Virus record (IMG/VR): IMGVR_UViG_3300020048_000045
Direction: 5' to 3' (one strand)
Length of the DNA: 64,000 nt
Source of the DNA: an uncultured virus (IMG/VR IMGVR_UViG_3300020048_000045)
Taxonomy: Duplodnaviria > Heunggongvirae > Uroviricota > Caudoviricetes
Positions 10,301-20,438 of the stretch are shown piece by piece. Numbering within the stretch: position 1 is the stretch's first letter; each line of letters opens with the position of its first letter. Under the pieces are notes generated by a model that saw nothing but the letters and a program-made list of their open reading frames with translations, ran no database searches and was not told the origin of the DNA. The position numbers were made by a program, and so were the translations under genes.

Positions 10301-13300
10301 TCTTAAAAAGACACAGAAAGAAATTGAGGAGATCCAAACCAAGATTGACAAACAAGCCAAGAAGGTTAAGGATGTAGAAGCATCAAAAGTAATCAAGACT
10401 CTGAAGAAGGGACTGGATGATTTAATTACTACCAAGGCTGGAATAGAAGATGAGATTGATAAACTGACCAAGGAACAAAGTGACCTTGAGATGGATCTTA
10501 CATACTTCCAAGACTTCTCACAGAATGCTGGCGAACTTCCAGAGGATACAGGGGACTTTCTTGAAGAGCTGAACAATCAAATTAAATGGCTGGAAGATCT
10601 TAGAGATAGCACACAGAGAAGTATCGATGATCTTAAAGAGATGGCCAAGGAAGTTGCAGATGCTATCAAATCTGTAATCTCTAGTCTGCAGAGTGCAATG
10701 AAAGCAGTTAATCCTGAAATCTCTCCTGAGATACAGTCTACATTAAATGCTCTTCTTGCTGGAGAAAACATCATGGCAAACATTGGTGTGTTAAGATCTC
10801 AGCTTGCAGACTTTGCTCTGTCTCAAGATCTTAGAGAAAAGATTGATCTTAACGAAGAAAAACTTGCTGACATTCAGGAAAGATTAAGGCATCTCAATAC
10901 ATGGTTTGACGAAATTGATACTGAGTATAGAGCAAAGAAAGCTATCACCAATAGATTCCAAAAGATATACGAAGACTATAAAAGACAGGCTGCTGAAGAG
11001 AAATGGTTTGAAACTAACGAGGAGGTTATCAGAAAGGCCCTAGGTACTTCCTATAATGGAGTTCAGATTCTTGAAGAGGACGAGAAGAAGCCTTATGAAC
11101 CAGACTCTATGAAACCTATTGAGCTTGTATTTAGGGCCACAATGGGAATCCTTGGAACAAAAGCTCATCAAATACGGGCAAACAAGTTTGGTGCAAAACT
11201 GAACTTCTTCAGTAACAGGGATGATATTCGTGCTGTCTACATTACATACAAGAACGAGAAAGATCTTATTCCTGGATTGATTGATCATTTAAGGAAGAAT
11301 GATGAAGGTAATATTGACGAGAGCATCGAAAGAAAAGAGATCATTGCTTTAGTCATGGTTGATAAGAATGGTAAACTTGTTGGGGTTGATGGTAAACCTC
11401 TTGAGGAAGGTGCCAATCTTCTTGAAAGTGCTATCTATCAAGTATTCCCTGGACCAGAACTAAAGTGGAGCAAGCAGTATGGTGAAAAGAGCATGATTAG
11501 GACAGATGATGAAAATGTCAGAACAGCCATCATTGAACAATATCGTGCATGGAGAGATGAAGTCTTAGCTAATGCAAGTGTCAAAGATCTTCATACTATT
11601 GAAGCTTCGTTTGGTAGAGTTGAGGAAGTAAAAGATAGCACTGGCAAAACAGATCAGAAGGCTCGTATATCTGTTGAAGATGCAGGACTGATTGAAGAAG
11701 CAGATCTGAATAAGAGAAAGCTGATCAGTATTCCCAAGACAAATAAAAACCACGGGAAAGGTTCTGTCATGTTCAGCAGTCCATTTGGTAGAGTCTTTCT
11801 TGAACTCAAGAATGGTCTTGCCAAATTAAGAAATAGAAGACTGACAAATACGGAAGCAGAAACCATCTATAAGGCTATGCATCAACTCTCTAAAGAGATG
11901 GTGAAAGAGAAAGATGGTATCTCAAATACAAAGTCAAAGGTCTTATTAAAATACCTCAAATCAATCATATACTGGGGAATACCAGAAGACGTTAACAAGA
12001 ACAAGAAGGAGACAGGATATAACAGTATCTTCTGGATGAAGGATGAAGATACTGGCAAGTTTGTATTGAGTATGTCTGGGAAAGGAAAGACCTTCCCATT
12101 CACCCCTAAAGGCCTGGAACAAAATAGGTTAGAGATCATTGGTATGCTGAGACAGATGTATAATAACGTCAACTCTTATATGGCAAATGATACCAATGAA
12201 ACATATCAGGAGATCATGGACATCACTCCTGAAGGAGAAATAGTTGACAGAATCTGGGAAAACTATCAAACCTATTTACTTTCTAACAAGACTCCTGATG
12301 GTAAACCCAGAACAGGAGAGGAACTTCCTTTGGCTACAGTTGTACGTCCATTGAATAATGAAGATGATGTAAACAGGAAAAACATTTATTTCTACACTAC
12401 AGATAATGCTGATCAGTTCACAATCCCTGTAGCAGAGAAGAAAGTTGTATCTGGAAGAGTACTTACTCCAGGTACCCCAAGAGCTACTGCTACTCCTTCT
12501 GCTCCTGCCACTGTAGGAGAAAAGAAAACCTTTCCTGATTTCAAACTGGATGGAACATCTAATAATGTTCTTGCAGGAAAAGAAATGAAACTTGGCTTTA
12601 GAGCTCCAGCAGATACAACTGTTGATAACTATATGGATAAAATCCTTATTCTCAACAACAACGACTTTGCAAAAATAAAGAAGAAGTTTGAGGATGAAGG
12701 AAAAGATGCTAAAGCTGAAATGAAAAAGAGTGTCTGGCTTGCCATAAAGGGACAGATTGCCAGAATGAAATCAGAGGAAGCTGAGTTTGAACTTGAAGCT
12801 ACTATTGGCGATGAATATTTTGGTGATATTCAAGCTGAAGTAGAAGCTCAAACAGGAGCTCCCCTTGCACCAAAGACACAGGAATTCATACAGAGCGTTG
12901 ATGATAAAGTTAATAATGCTCTTGAGACAGGCTTTGAAGATTTTGATATGGAGATCGAAATCCAAAGGTTGGTGACAGATGAGGTAAATCGATTCGAAGG
13001 AGAAAACTGGAAGAAGGTTGAAGCCTGGCTGAAAGCTAACTTTCCTAATGTTCCAATATACAGGGTGAAGAATATTCTCAAAGCAACCAATGGTAGACTT
13101 GCCTACGGTATGTTTAAGAATGGTGCCGTGTATGTATATGAGAATGCTGAGATTGGTACAGCATACCACGAGGTGTTCCATGCTATCTGGAGAATGGCTA
13201 CAGATTCCCAGGAACGTAAGAATATTATTAACGAACTTAGGAACAGAGAAGGTACATTCTTCGATAGAGAACTGCAGAGAGATGTTAAATATTCAGATCC

Positions 13301-16300
13301 AGAAGTAACTGACATACAACTTGAAGATGTAATTGCTGAAGAGTTTAGAGATTATGTGCAATTCAAAAAGATTCCTGCTAAACCTAAGGATGGAAGATCT
13401 TTCATCGAAAGATTATTCTCAAGCTTGGTACAAGTTATCAAGGAGTTTTTCATGGGACCACAAGCACAGTCTTTAACAGAAGAACTGTTCAAAAATATTA
13501 ACGAAGGACAATACAAAGACTTTGTTCCTTATAGCAAAGAACTATCTTATGCCCAGAAAGGCATTATTGATATTGAAGATGCTAAAGGTGACGCTGATAC
13601 AGCATTCAGTCTTATTGGGATTAACGATAGGCAGAGAAGCGACATCATCCAGCACATGACCTTTGCTACATTGCGAGACATGGTGAAGAACCACAAGAGT
13701 CTGTTCACGCCACCAAGTTTCACAGGAGGAGAACTGTATGGAATGCTTAAGGCTGAGATCCTTGAAACCATAGGAAAGAAGATTGTTGTAGCCAAAGCGA
13801 TGGCCAAATCTGGTAGTATAACTGATGAAGAATCTTTACCAATAATCACCAACACTGAATTGCTTATGCAATATGTTGAGCTTCAGTGGGATCAGATTAT
13901 TGAAGCTCATAAAGAATATCTTAGGAGTCATAATATCCAGTTCACTGAAGAAGACGAAGGTCAATTTACAGATGAGAACAGAACAAAGGGAAGCGACTTC
14001 CAGGAAGCTACGAAGATTGACAGCTTTAAACGGGCCCATAGTGCAATCAAGCTTCTGCTTTCTACAATCCCTGTATTGAATGAGAAAGGCAAACCTAGGC
14101 TTTCCTCTATTGGTGGAATAACGCTTCTTCCTGTTAAGCAGACATTCGTTTCTGTAATGAACAATGTTCATGATGCTATGGGCATGGAAGACATGTTATT
14201 GAAGCTAAAGGAAATGGCTACAATGGATGCTCATTACAGAGTGCTCTATACTCGTATTACAAACAGAGATTATGCTGATGAAGGTATTGATCTTGAAGGT
14301 CTTACAGAAACACACTCTATGCAATTGCTTGGAGAATTCTGGAAAACGTTCAAGAAACAAAATCCTGAGGTAAAGAACGTATTCATTCTTGAGAATGGCC
14401 AGGTAGTTGTAGGGGATGCAAGTCTTTCTTCAGCAGCTACACAGATCAGAAGTGAATATGAGAGCACTATTAAGGAAAAGATAAATAATGGCACATCCTA
14501 TATTAAATGGGACTCTACCAAGAAAAAGTATGTCAGTGATGTAACCACTTTAAAGCAAACACCTTTGAAGACTCTCACTGACATGGTTAACTTCTTGAAA
14601 CATGTAGGCATCACTTTCACTGTACCAGAACTTCAAAGAGCATTCAAAGACTCTTCCAAGTATACTGTATTTAAAGATGCAGTGGCAGGGATCAAGAAAA
14701 GTCTTGCTGAAAGTGAAGAAGTTTCTACAATAAACAGTAAGATATTAAGTGTCCATGGACGATTGCTTGAGCTTGCTCTTCTTAAGGCATATATTGATAA
14801 TCCACAGTTTGACAGCACATACTTCAATGTATCAGGCGAACGCACTCAATCCTTTATAGGGATTAACGCAGCTAGTGAACTTCGTAACTTCCTATCTCAG
14901 ACTACTAAGTTTACAAAAGCTGCTATTAGTGACTCCCAGTATGCATATTTAAAAACGGATTCGTTCTCTCAGAATTCAAACTTATTGAAAAGAATGTTTG
15001 CTGAGGATGGTGATCCTAGAGAAGGTGAAGAAAATAAAGATCTTACGAAAGTAGGATATGTTGGTGGTAGCATTAATCAAAGGAATGGAAAGACAAAACC
15101 GTCTTCCAAACTTAGTTTCATGGAACGTATTATCCAGGAGATTAATCTTAATCTTACAGGATGGTACCTTAATCTTGTTCCTGGAGATGCTTCCATGGAA
15201 TGGATGATTAAGATGGGAAATGCTATCTCCATAGATTCTCTGAATAGGGGAATGAGTGATGTATTTGAAATCTTCAAAGGTTACCTGATTGATGAGATTA
15301 ATCTTTCAAGAGAAGATCGTCCTATCGCTAAGGTTAAAGGAAGAAATCCTAAAGATCTACGGTTCTTCAAAGACATATTTGATATAGATGAAACTGGTAG
15401 AAAGCTTCGTGAAGACATTTCAAATAGCAAAGAGTCTGCAGAAGATACATACAAGACATTTGAAAAGAGAATCAATGCAGCTGTAGAAAGATATATAAAT
15501 CGTGAAACTCAAAAGTTTGAACGAAACCTTACCAACTATGGAATTCTGACAGTAACAAAGCAGGGATATAGCCTGGAGAATATTAATGTTCCTCAAGGAA
15601 TGAAGGAGGAAGAAATGAGAATGAGACTCAAGACGTTAACAGTCAACTATATGATTGCAAACATTGAGCTTCATAAAGTCTTATACTCTGATCCTTATCA
15701 GTATTCTGATGAGTTGAAGCGTATCAAGAACTTCTTGTCACCTCGTCAGGCACTGATCAACAATTCTCCATCAATGCGTGTTGCATTGAATAATGTATGG
15801 AACAAGTGGTATGGCAAAAAAGACATTGCTTACACAAACTTTACAAGAGACTACTTCCGTTCAGTGACACATGCTGATGTGCCTGGAGTGATTGATCTGT
15901 TTGAATATGAGCAGTTTAAGGAAACTGACGGTTCAGGTATCATTATTTATAAAGCATATCGTCAGTTCAGGATCCTTGCTGGTGACTGGTATGATGCTGA
16001 AGAATCACAGTATAAGTATGATATGGCCTGGGAGAAGCGTGAGAAATCAAAAGGCCTTACAGAACGACAAATAAAAGGAAGAGGTCTGACTCTGTCTGAT
16101 GAAGAGCTTGCCATTCTTGAAAAAGGTAATCCAGAGATCAAGAGTGCATACACTCCAGTTAAGCCTATTGTAGCTGGTAATAAAGCCAATGGTAGAGACT
16201 ACAATGATGTGTTGCTTGACAAGTTTGCTCTCTATCCACTATCTTATCGTTTGATGAGTGACCTGAATAAAAACGGTAATCAAGCTACTTCCAATGCTCT

Positions 16301-19300
16301 TTCTCTGTATAATAAGATGCAGAAGGAAGATATTGATTACATGGTGTTTGAATCAGGAAGAAAGGTTGGAGCTGAAGAAGTACATGAGTCTTATGATGAA
16401 AAGGGTAACTTTAACAATGAGCCTTACAAAGGGATCATTAATGTTCCATTTGCCATCATGAGTGTACAAGCTGAAGTTCCTTCTAAAGATGTTTATGAAG
16501 TGACTAGGGGATCCCAGATGACAAAACTTGTTACCATGGACTTCATGGAAGCTGGTGTTCCAGTGGATTTCTATCCTAACAAAGACATAACCACCAGATA
16601 CAAAGCATGGAACTCACTAGATCTAAATCAGAAGCTTGAAAGGTCTCCTATATACAGGGAAATTGTAAACAATGAAAAACTCTTACAGGCTCTTACAGAA
16701 GAAGGATACAAGAGACTTCTGCAGAGACTGGGAATCATTGAAAACATTGTTGACAAAAAGAAAGCATTCACTGTTAAAAACTTTGACAAGGCTGTCACAA
16801 CTCTTCGTGAAGAGGTATTGAAAAGAGAAGTGAATGACAACATCAGTGCTGCTCTTACAGCATTCCTGGAAGGCAAGTCTGTATTGGAGGCTACTCCTGC
16901 ATATCAGCAGATCAGAAACATTCTGTATTCAATTGCAGATAAAGAAGTTATATCTCCAAAGATGCCTGGAGGAATGAAGGTACAGATTCCTTCTACATTC
17001 ATTGAGGAAAAAAGAAAAGAACTTAAGATCATCAACGATGAAAAAGGATATGTATCTGAAGCTCTTAATTTCTATTCTGAAGTAAAAGATGATGAGACAG
17101 GAAAGAGGATTAAGGTAAATGTCTGTGAACTGATGGTTGGCAGATGGTTTGATAGTGATATGTCAGACAAAGAGCTTCTCAGATATCTGAATGATACTGA
17201 CGAAGGTCAAAAGATCTTATCTGGTGTAGCATATCGTATTCCTACACAGAAACAAAATTCAATTGATGTATTTAAGATCAAGAGGTTCTTACCAAAAGAG
17301 TTTGGTGACTCTGTTGTAATCCCAGCAGCTCTTGTACAAAAGGCAGGATCTGACTTTGACATTGATAAACTTACCATCTATCTGAAGAACGTATTCAGAG
17401 ATAGCAAAGGCAATCCTAGACTTGTTCCATATTTTGGAATAGGTAAGGCAGCTCGTGATAAGTTTTTGGATATGTACGACAAGGGAGAACTTCTTTCCAA
17501 AGAAGAAAATGATCGTATACAGGAACTAATTGTTCAATACAAGGAGGAACAAGAAGGTCTCACAGAAAGAGAAGCAATGAGAACTGAAGCATTAAGTTCT
17601 CGTCTCATGGCACTTATTCTTGGAGAAGAATATGATCAGGCTCTATTGGAAGAATACCTGGCAAACACTACATCAGATCAACTTAGAGACAGAATTGTAG
17701 ATTCTTTCTATAAGAAGAGTCTTGAGAATGCATACATTGAATCTGGAGAGAATCTTGTAAAGGATCCTTCAAACTATGACAGACTTATTAAACCTAACTC
17801 AGCTGATCAATTAAAGAAGCTGGCTAAGGAAATTGCTCTGAAAACTGTAGGAAAAGAGTTTGACTATACAGCTGTAGGAAACATGCTTGACAGAGGATAT
17901 ATGTCCAGTCTGCGTCATGCTTTCGTATCAGGTAAATATGCTATTGGTATTGCTGCTGTGAACCAGACCAATCACTCACTGAACCAGAGACAACCTATAT
18001 ACATCGATCCCAGTAAGCTTGATAATATGAGCGATGATGATAAGTTCTGGCTTGGTGATGGACTATTGAAATTTGAAAAGTTCAATAAGATCAACATCAA
18101 TGGTAGAATGCTTGCCACTCTATCCATGATTAGAAATGCTGAAAAGAATGAGAAGTATCCTAATGGTCAGGACATCTCTGAGATCATTGCTCAGTTTATT
18201 GATGGATATGTGGATATCTCCAAAGGTCCATGGATCATGCAACTTGGTGCTACTCCTAACGTAGCTTCTACATTCTTGTTCCTTGTCAAGGCTGGTGTTC
18301 CAGTTGATACTGTAGCTTATTTCATGAATCAACCAATCGTTCGTGACTATCTGAGATCAGTTGAGACTGCAGGATATTCCTGGCTGTTCATGGAATCTTT
18401 CATGGAAAATATTCAAAAGAATCCTAAGTATGCAGTAGAAAATGCTAAAGAAAAGGTCAGAGGAATAGAGTCACTTCCAAGTCAATCAGAGCTTCGAGAG
18501 AACCTTGAAAAAGAAGAATTCAATGAGCAGGAAAAACTGCAACAGCAATTCATTCTTCAAGAGTTCTTGAAATATGCAAAGATGGCTGAGCATTTATTTT
18601 ATATCACACAGGGAACTAACTTCGACACAGCAAACTTCAATGACCCATATTTGGTATTCAAGAAGTTCGAACAACTGAAGAAAGCCCAGAACTCAATCAT
18701 TGGTCCTGTAGATGAACTACTTAAAAATTCATTTGTTGGTAACCTTGGAGAGACAATCAAAGATGTGAGAGATGCTCTTGCTACCATTCTGAAATCTGAT
18801 CAGAAGACTGTAAGAACCGTAATCCAGAAAGTGCTGCTTCCATTTATTGATCTTCCTGATAGAGACTTTGTTAAGCTTGCTCAGAAAGCAGTGAATGATC
18901 TGTTTGACTGGGCTGTACAAACAAATCAGACAGATGAGAATGGTGTACCTTTTAATAAACTTATAAAAGAAGTGCTTGTAGAGAAGAGTGGAGTAGCTGC
19001 TGAAGTGATGGCATTTATCAGACAAGTAAAGGCAAACCCAAGACATTCCCTATATAACAATCATATAATCAATATTATAGAAGGCAAAACATCAGAGACT
19101 GGAGAACTGGGTACAAACAATTTGAAGATCAAAGGTCAGGACAATACTGTATATGAGCAAAACAATATCATATATGCATTCCGTGAACTGAGAGACAATC
19201 CTATTGTACAGGCTAATGGCATGTATGAAAAGATCAAACTCCTTGCTGTGATACAAAGTGGATTGACCACTTCTCCAATATCTTTCACATCAGTGCTTCC

Positions 19301-20432
19301 ATACGAAGATTTTGAGGGAATCTATAATGAAGTTTTGGCAAAGTTGGAAACTATTCCTAACTTAGGAAACTTTTATGATCTTGGTGTATTCCAGAGAAAT
19401 AATTGGAATAACGATGATATAGTTCCCTGGAAGAAAGCAATAACTATAACAGAGAAGAAGAGTGGAAGAAAAGTATATAATCCTGCAATGGCTTACTTAG
19501 ATCCTATAGTAAAAGCTGCTGTTGCCAGTGCAAAGATTCCTCCAGTGATGACACAAATAGTCAACGACAGGGAAGCTAACTCTGATTATATAGTCTATAC
19601 ATGGGAGAAAGAAAATGATCTGTTAACAGAAACAGAAATACAAGCTGCTATTGCACAGAGAAGAGATCTAAAATCAGTGGTATGGGAGAAGAAAGCTGCA
19701 ATGCGTAAAGCTGGAGACTTCTCATACATTCAGAAAGGTTTATTCAAAAAAGTGACAGATGCATATGGAACTCCTCTTACTAAACCTTACAAGGACACAA
19801 CGTATTATGTGTACAAAGCAATCAATGCTTGGGGTGACAGTTTCAGAGGAAACGAATTCTATACAACAGATCATCAGTCTGTATTGCAAAATGGATTTGT
19901 GAAAGTAAGTGATGTTAGCAATGACGTAATTATTGATCTCTTCCTGGGAAAAGCAGTTCAGCCTGTAGAGATTGTTGACAGATATACAGACGCTGATGTT
20001 AAGGCTAATCGTGGTAAGATCTTTGTATTTGGAGATAACCTTGAGAGAGTAGGCAAAGGTGGCCAGGCTCAGATCAGGGACAATCGCAATGCAATGGGAA
20101 TTGTAACCAAGATGAAGCCAGCTACTACAGCAGATGCTTATATGTCAGATGCTACTCTGGAAAGGAACAAACGACTGATCAATTCAGATATTTCTGCAAT
20201 TAAGAAGACTAACAAGCCTGTAGTATTTCCTAAGGATGGTCTTGGCACAGGACTGGCTCAGCTTAAAACACGAGCTCCTAAAACATACGCCTTTCTTAAA
20301 GAAAGACTTCTTGAAGAGTTTGGATTTGATAATGATACTGGTGAACTTATAGATAGCATTCTTCCTGAAGCACCTACTTCTGAAACAACAGATTGGGAGA
20401 AAGAAGATAACAATTGTCCAATACCTTTTTAA
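7377..20432 (+). CDS. Giant virion-packaged DNA-dependent RNA polymerase polyprotein (N-terminal ejection/coiled-coil region, zincin, RNAP, C-terminal Macro-like domain)
   Basis: 4351 aa. GSDFDIDK catalytic motif (DFDID at 17352-17366) preceded by YRIPTQ, as in the phi14:2 gp66-type crAss vRNAP. HEVFH zincin motif at 13167-13181. C-terminal FVFGDN...FPKDGLGTG domain. Confidence 0.9.
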   Translation: MADETKVVNLPFSTPDLVGNYNTAYVPTDREVSPTEDYHAIFNSLISKDTPQPGTGFAVVPTKDIPMTGRYPLFFPGRDNEEIYAQAQGGWEKAYNGVVKMAGTATSTFINGTAGLLYGAMQASSTGKFNSFYNNPLTNKLNDWTAGLEDTYAHYKTLRERNGSWWEPENLFTGNFLWDNIVKNLGFSLGAAASGFAWGGALKAIGLTGKLMSTGVDMASKADVAISEAAVLPQAQRLGAVTSRLEGLWNGTQSLIGKGLIKADRAIVAGFGTVGEAGIESLNNSQEFRRKMIENYTAEHGYAPTGDAMKEINKYAENVGNWSFGANSALLSMTNYVQLPKIYSSSFKAEKEILNNIAYREGKYIATLPEKGFGKFLYKAKNIGSLFFNTAEGFEEGAQYAIQTGTQHYYGKKSKGEATDTFEDGIFYGIKEALTTDEGTLNIFTGAFSGALQSSGFVGVRGGLPTIGRTGKIGERGFTGYGGEEAVTREQALKALNESMIKDKMKDAYTNLKAAQIIQEEREAAIRRGDVLESKDLEFDYAHNFVATRLKYNAKEAIDTEIADLKREAVTPDGFTRLKQEGYAADTDTVASFITRLDNLQKHADAAKSLQDSLNLKYKGQINEDGGRVYSDDIISKLVYAGSKVTNYDDRIPQVNKSLFDAGITTTTEILQDILVNGIPKEEAVKQAIADIDGNAALTNDQKKDLKQDLHDLIELGMRRKNFIDEYNDILKNPKKYEPIEPITQAPPVPGEPVKTIKVTTKRGEQDLEIGTRYFLGTGVDYDEEGLETYIPISELTIEAEDEDGSIQIRTSEGEVRKVSKDVLAGYMLGKVDDLKKNVNANFFYHNRNKKYEYNFGKDYLGKRPGRLQYENGQLFFVFKNAKGQLQRRAISNLDFVAQKDFKNPRIIELGVIKDKTPEQKAADAAFKAEEALEEQRQTLARTREKRLVILREIEQETIDRLQEIKKDILDKQEDLKKTQKEIEEIQTKIDKQAKKVKDVEASKVIKTLKKGLDDLITTKAGIEDEIDKLTKEQSDLEMDLTYFQDFSQNAGELPEDTGDFLEELNNQIKWLEDLRDSTQRSIDDLKEMAKEVADAIKSVISSLQSAMKAVNPEISPEIQSTLNALLAGENIMANIGVLRSQLADFALSQDLREKIDLNEEKLADIQERLRHLNTWFDEIDTEYRAKKAITNRFQKIYEDYKRQAAEEKWFETNEEVIRKALGTSYNGVQILEEDEKKPYEPDSMKPIELVFRATMGILGTKAHQIRANKFGAKLNFFSNRDDIRAVYITYKNEKDLIPGLIDHLRKNDEGNIDESIERKEIIALVMVDKNGKLVGVDGKPLEEGANLLESAIYQVFPGPELKWSKQYGEKSMIRTDDENVRTAIIEQYRAWRDEVLANASVKDLHTIEASFGRVEEVKDSTGKTDQKARISVEDAGLIEEADLNKRKLISIPKTNKNHGKGSVMFSSPFGRVFLELKNGLAKLRNRRLTNTEAETIYKAMHQLSKEMVKEKDGISNTKSKVLLKYLKSIIYWGIPEDVNKNKKETGYNSIFWMKDEDTGKFVLSMSGKGKTFPFTPKGLEQNRLEIIGMLRQMYNNVNSYMANDTNETYQEIMDITPEGEIVDRIWENYQTYLLSNKTPDGKPRTGEELPLATVVRPLNNEDDVNRKNIYFYTTDNADQFTIPVAEKKVVSGRVLTPGTPRATATPSAPATVGEKKTFPDFKLDGTSNNVLAGKEMKLGFRAPADTTVDNYMDKILILNNNDFAKIKKKFEDEGKDAKAEMKKSVWLAIKGQIARMKSEEAEFELEATIGDEYFGDIQAEVEAQTGAPLAPKTQEFIQSVDDKVNNALETGFEDFDMEIEIQRLVTDEVNRFEGENWKKVEAWLKANFPNVPIYRVKNILKATNGRLAYGMFKNGAVYVYENAEIGTAYHEVFHAIWRMATDSQERKNIINELRNREGTFFDRELQRDVKYSDPEVTDIQLEDVIAEEFRDYVQFKKIPAKPKDGRSFIERLFSSLVQVIKEFFMGPQAQSLTEELFKNINEGQYKDFVPYSKELSYAQKGIIDIEDAKGDADTAFSLIGINDRQRSDIIQHMTFATLRDMVKNHKSLFTPPSFTGGELYGMLKAEILETIGKKIVVAKAMAKSGSITDEESLPIITNTELLMQYVELQWDQIIEAHKEYLRSHNIQFTEEDEGQFTDENRTKGSDFQEATKIDSFKRAHSAIKLLLSTIPVLNEKGKPRLSSIGGITLLPVKQTFVSVMNNVHDAMGMEDMLLKLKEMATMDAHYRVLYTRITNRDYADEGIDLEGLTETHSMQLLGEFWKTFKKQNPEVKNVFILENGQVVVGDASLSSAATQIRSEYESTIKEKINNGTSYIKWDSTKKKYVSDVTTLKQTPLKTLTDMVNFLKHVGITFTVPELQRAFKDSSKYTVFKDAVAGIKKSLAESEEVSTINSKILSVHGRLLELALLKAYIDNPQFDSTYFNVSGERTQSFIGINAASELRNFLSQTTKFTKAAISDSQYAYLKTDSFSQNSNLLKRMFAEDGDPREGEENKDLTKVGYVGGSINQRNGKTKPSSKLSFMERIIQEINLNLTGWYLNLVPGDASMEWMIKMGNAISIDSLNRGMSDVFEIFKGYLIDEINLSREDRPIAKVKGRNPKDLRFFKDIFDIDETGRKLREDISNSKESAEDTYKTFEKRINAAVERYINRETQKFERNLTNYGILTVTKQGYSLENINVPQGMKEEEMRMRLKTLTVNYMIANIELHKVLYSDPYQYSDELKRIKNFLSPRQALINNSPSMRVALNNVWNKWYGKKDIAYTNFTRDYFRSVTHADVPGVIDLFEYEQFKETDGSGIIIYKAYRQFRILAGDWYDAEESQYKYDMAWEKREKSKGLTERQIKGRGLTLSDEELAILEKGNPEIKSAYTPVKPIVAGNKANGRDYNDVLLDKFALYPLSYRLMSDLNKNGNQATSNALSLYNKMQKEDIDYMVFESGRKVGAEEVHESYDEKGNFNNEPYKGIINVPFAIMSVQAEVPSKDVYEVTRGSQMTKLVTMDFMEAGVPVDFYPNKDITTRYKAWNSLDLNQKLERSPIYREIVNNEKLLQALTEEGYKRLLQRLGIIENIVDKKKAFTVKNFDKAVTTLREEVLKREVNDNISAALTAFLEGKSVLEATPAYQQIRNILYSIADKEVISPKMPGGMKVQIPSTFIEEKRKELKIINDEKGYVSEALNFYSEVKDDETGKRIKVNVCELMVGRWFDSDMSDKELLRYLNDTDEGQKILSGVAYRIPTQKQNSIDVFKIKRFLPKEFGDSVVIPAALVQKAGSDFDIDKLTIYLKNVFRDSKGNPRLVPYFGIGKAARDKFLDMYDKGELLSKEENDRIQELIVQYKEEQEGLTEREAMRTEALSSRLMALILGEEYDQALLEEYLANTTSDQLRDRIVDSFYKKSLENAYIESGENLVKDPSNYDRLIKPNSADQLKKLAKEIALKTVGKEFDYTAVGNMLDRGYMSSLRHAFVSGKYAIGIAAVNQTNHSLNQRQPIYIDPSKLDNMSDDDKFWLGDGLLKFEKFNKININGRMLATLSMIRNAEKNEKYPNGQDISEIIAQFIDGYVDISKGPWIMQLGATPNVASTFLFLVKAGVPVDTVAYFMNQPIVRDYLRSVETAGYSWLFMESFMENIQKNPKYAVENAKEKVRGIESLPSQSELRENLEKEEFNEQEKLQQQFILQEFLKYAKMAEHLFYITQGTNFDTANFNDPYLVFKKFEQLKKAQNSIIGPVDELLKNSFVGNLGETIKDVRDALATILKSDQKTVRTVIQKVLLPFIDLPDRDFVKLAQKAVNDLFDWAVQTNQTDENGVPFNKLIKEVLVEKSGVAAEVMAFIRQVKANPRHSLYNNHIINIIEGKTSETGELGTNNLKIKGQDNTVYEQNNIIYAFRELRDNPIVQANGMYEKIKLLAVIQSGLTTSPISFTSVLPYEDFEGIYNEVLAKLETIPNLGNFYDLGVFQRNNWNNDDIVPWKKAITITEKKSGRKVYNPAMAYLDPIVKAAVASAKIPPVMTQIVNDREANSDYIVYTWEKENDLLTETEIQAAIAQRRDLKSVVWEKKAAMRKAGDFSYIQKGLFKKVTDAYGTPLTKPYKDTTYYVYKAINAWGDSFRGNEFYTTDHQSVLQNGFVKVSDVSNDVIIDLFLGKAVQPVEIVDRYTDADVKANRGKIFVFGDNLERVGKGGQAQIRDNRNAMGIVTKMKPATTADAYMSDATLERNKRLINSDISAIKKTNKPVVFPKDGLGTGLAQLKTRAPKTYAFLKERLLEEFGFDNDTGELIDSILPEAPTSETTDWEKEDNNCPIPF

Positions 20433-20438
20433 TATATT

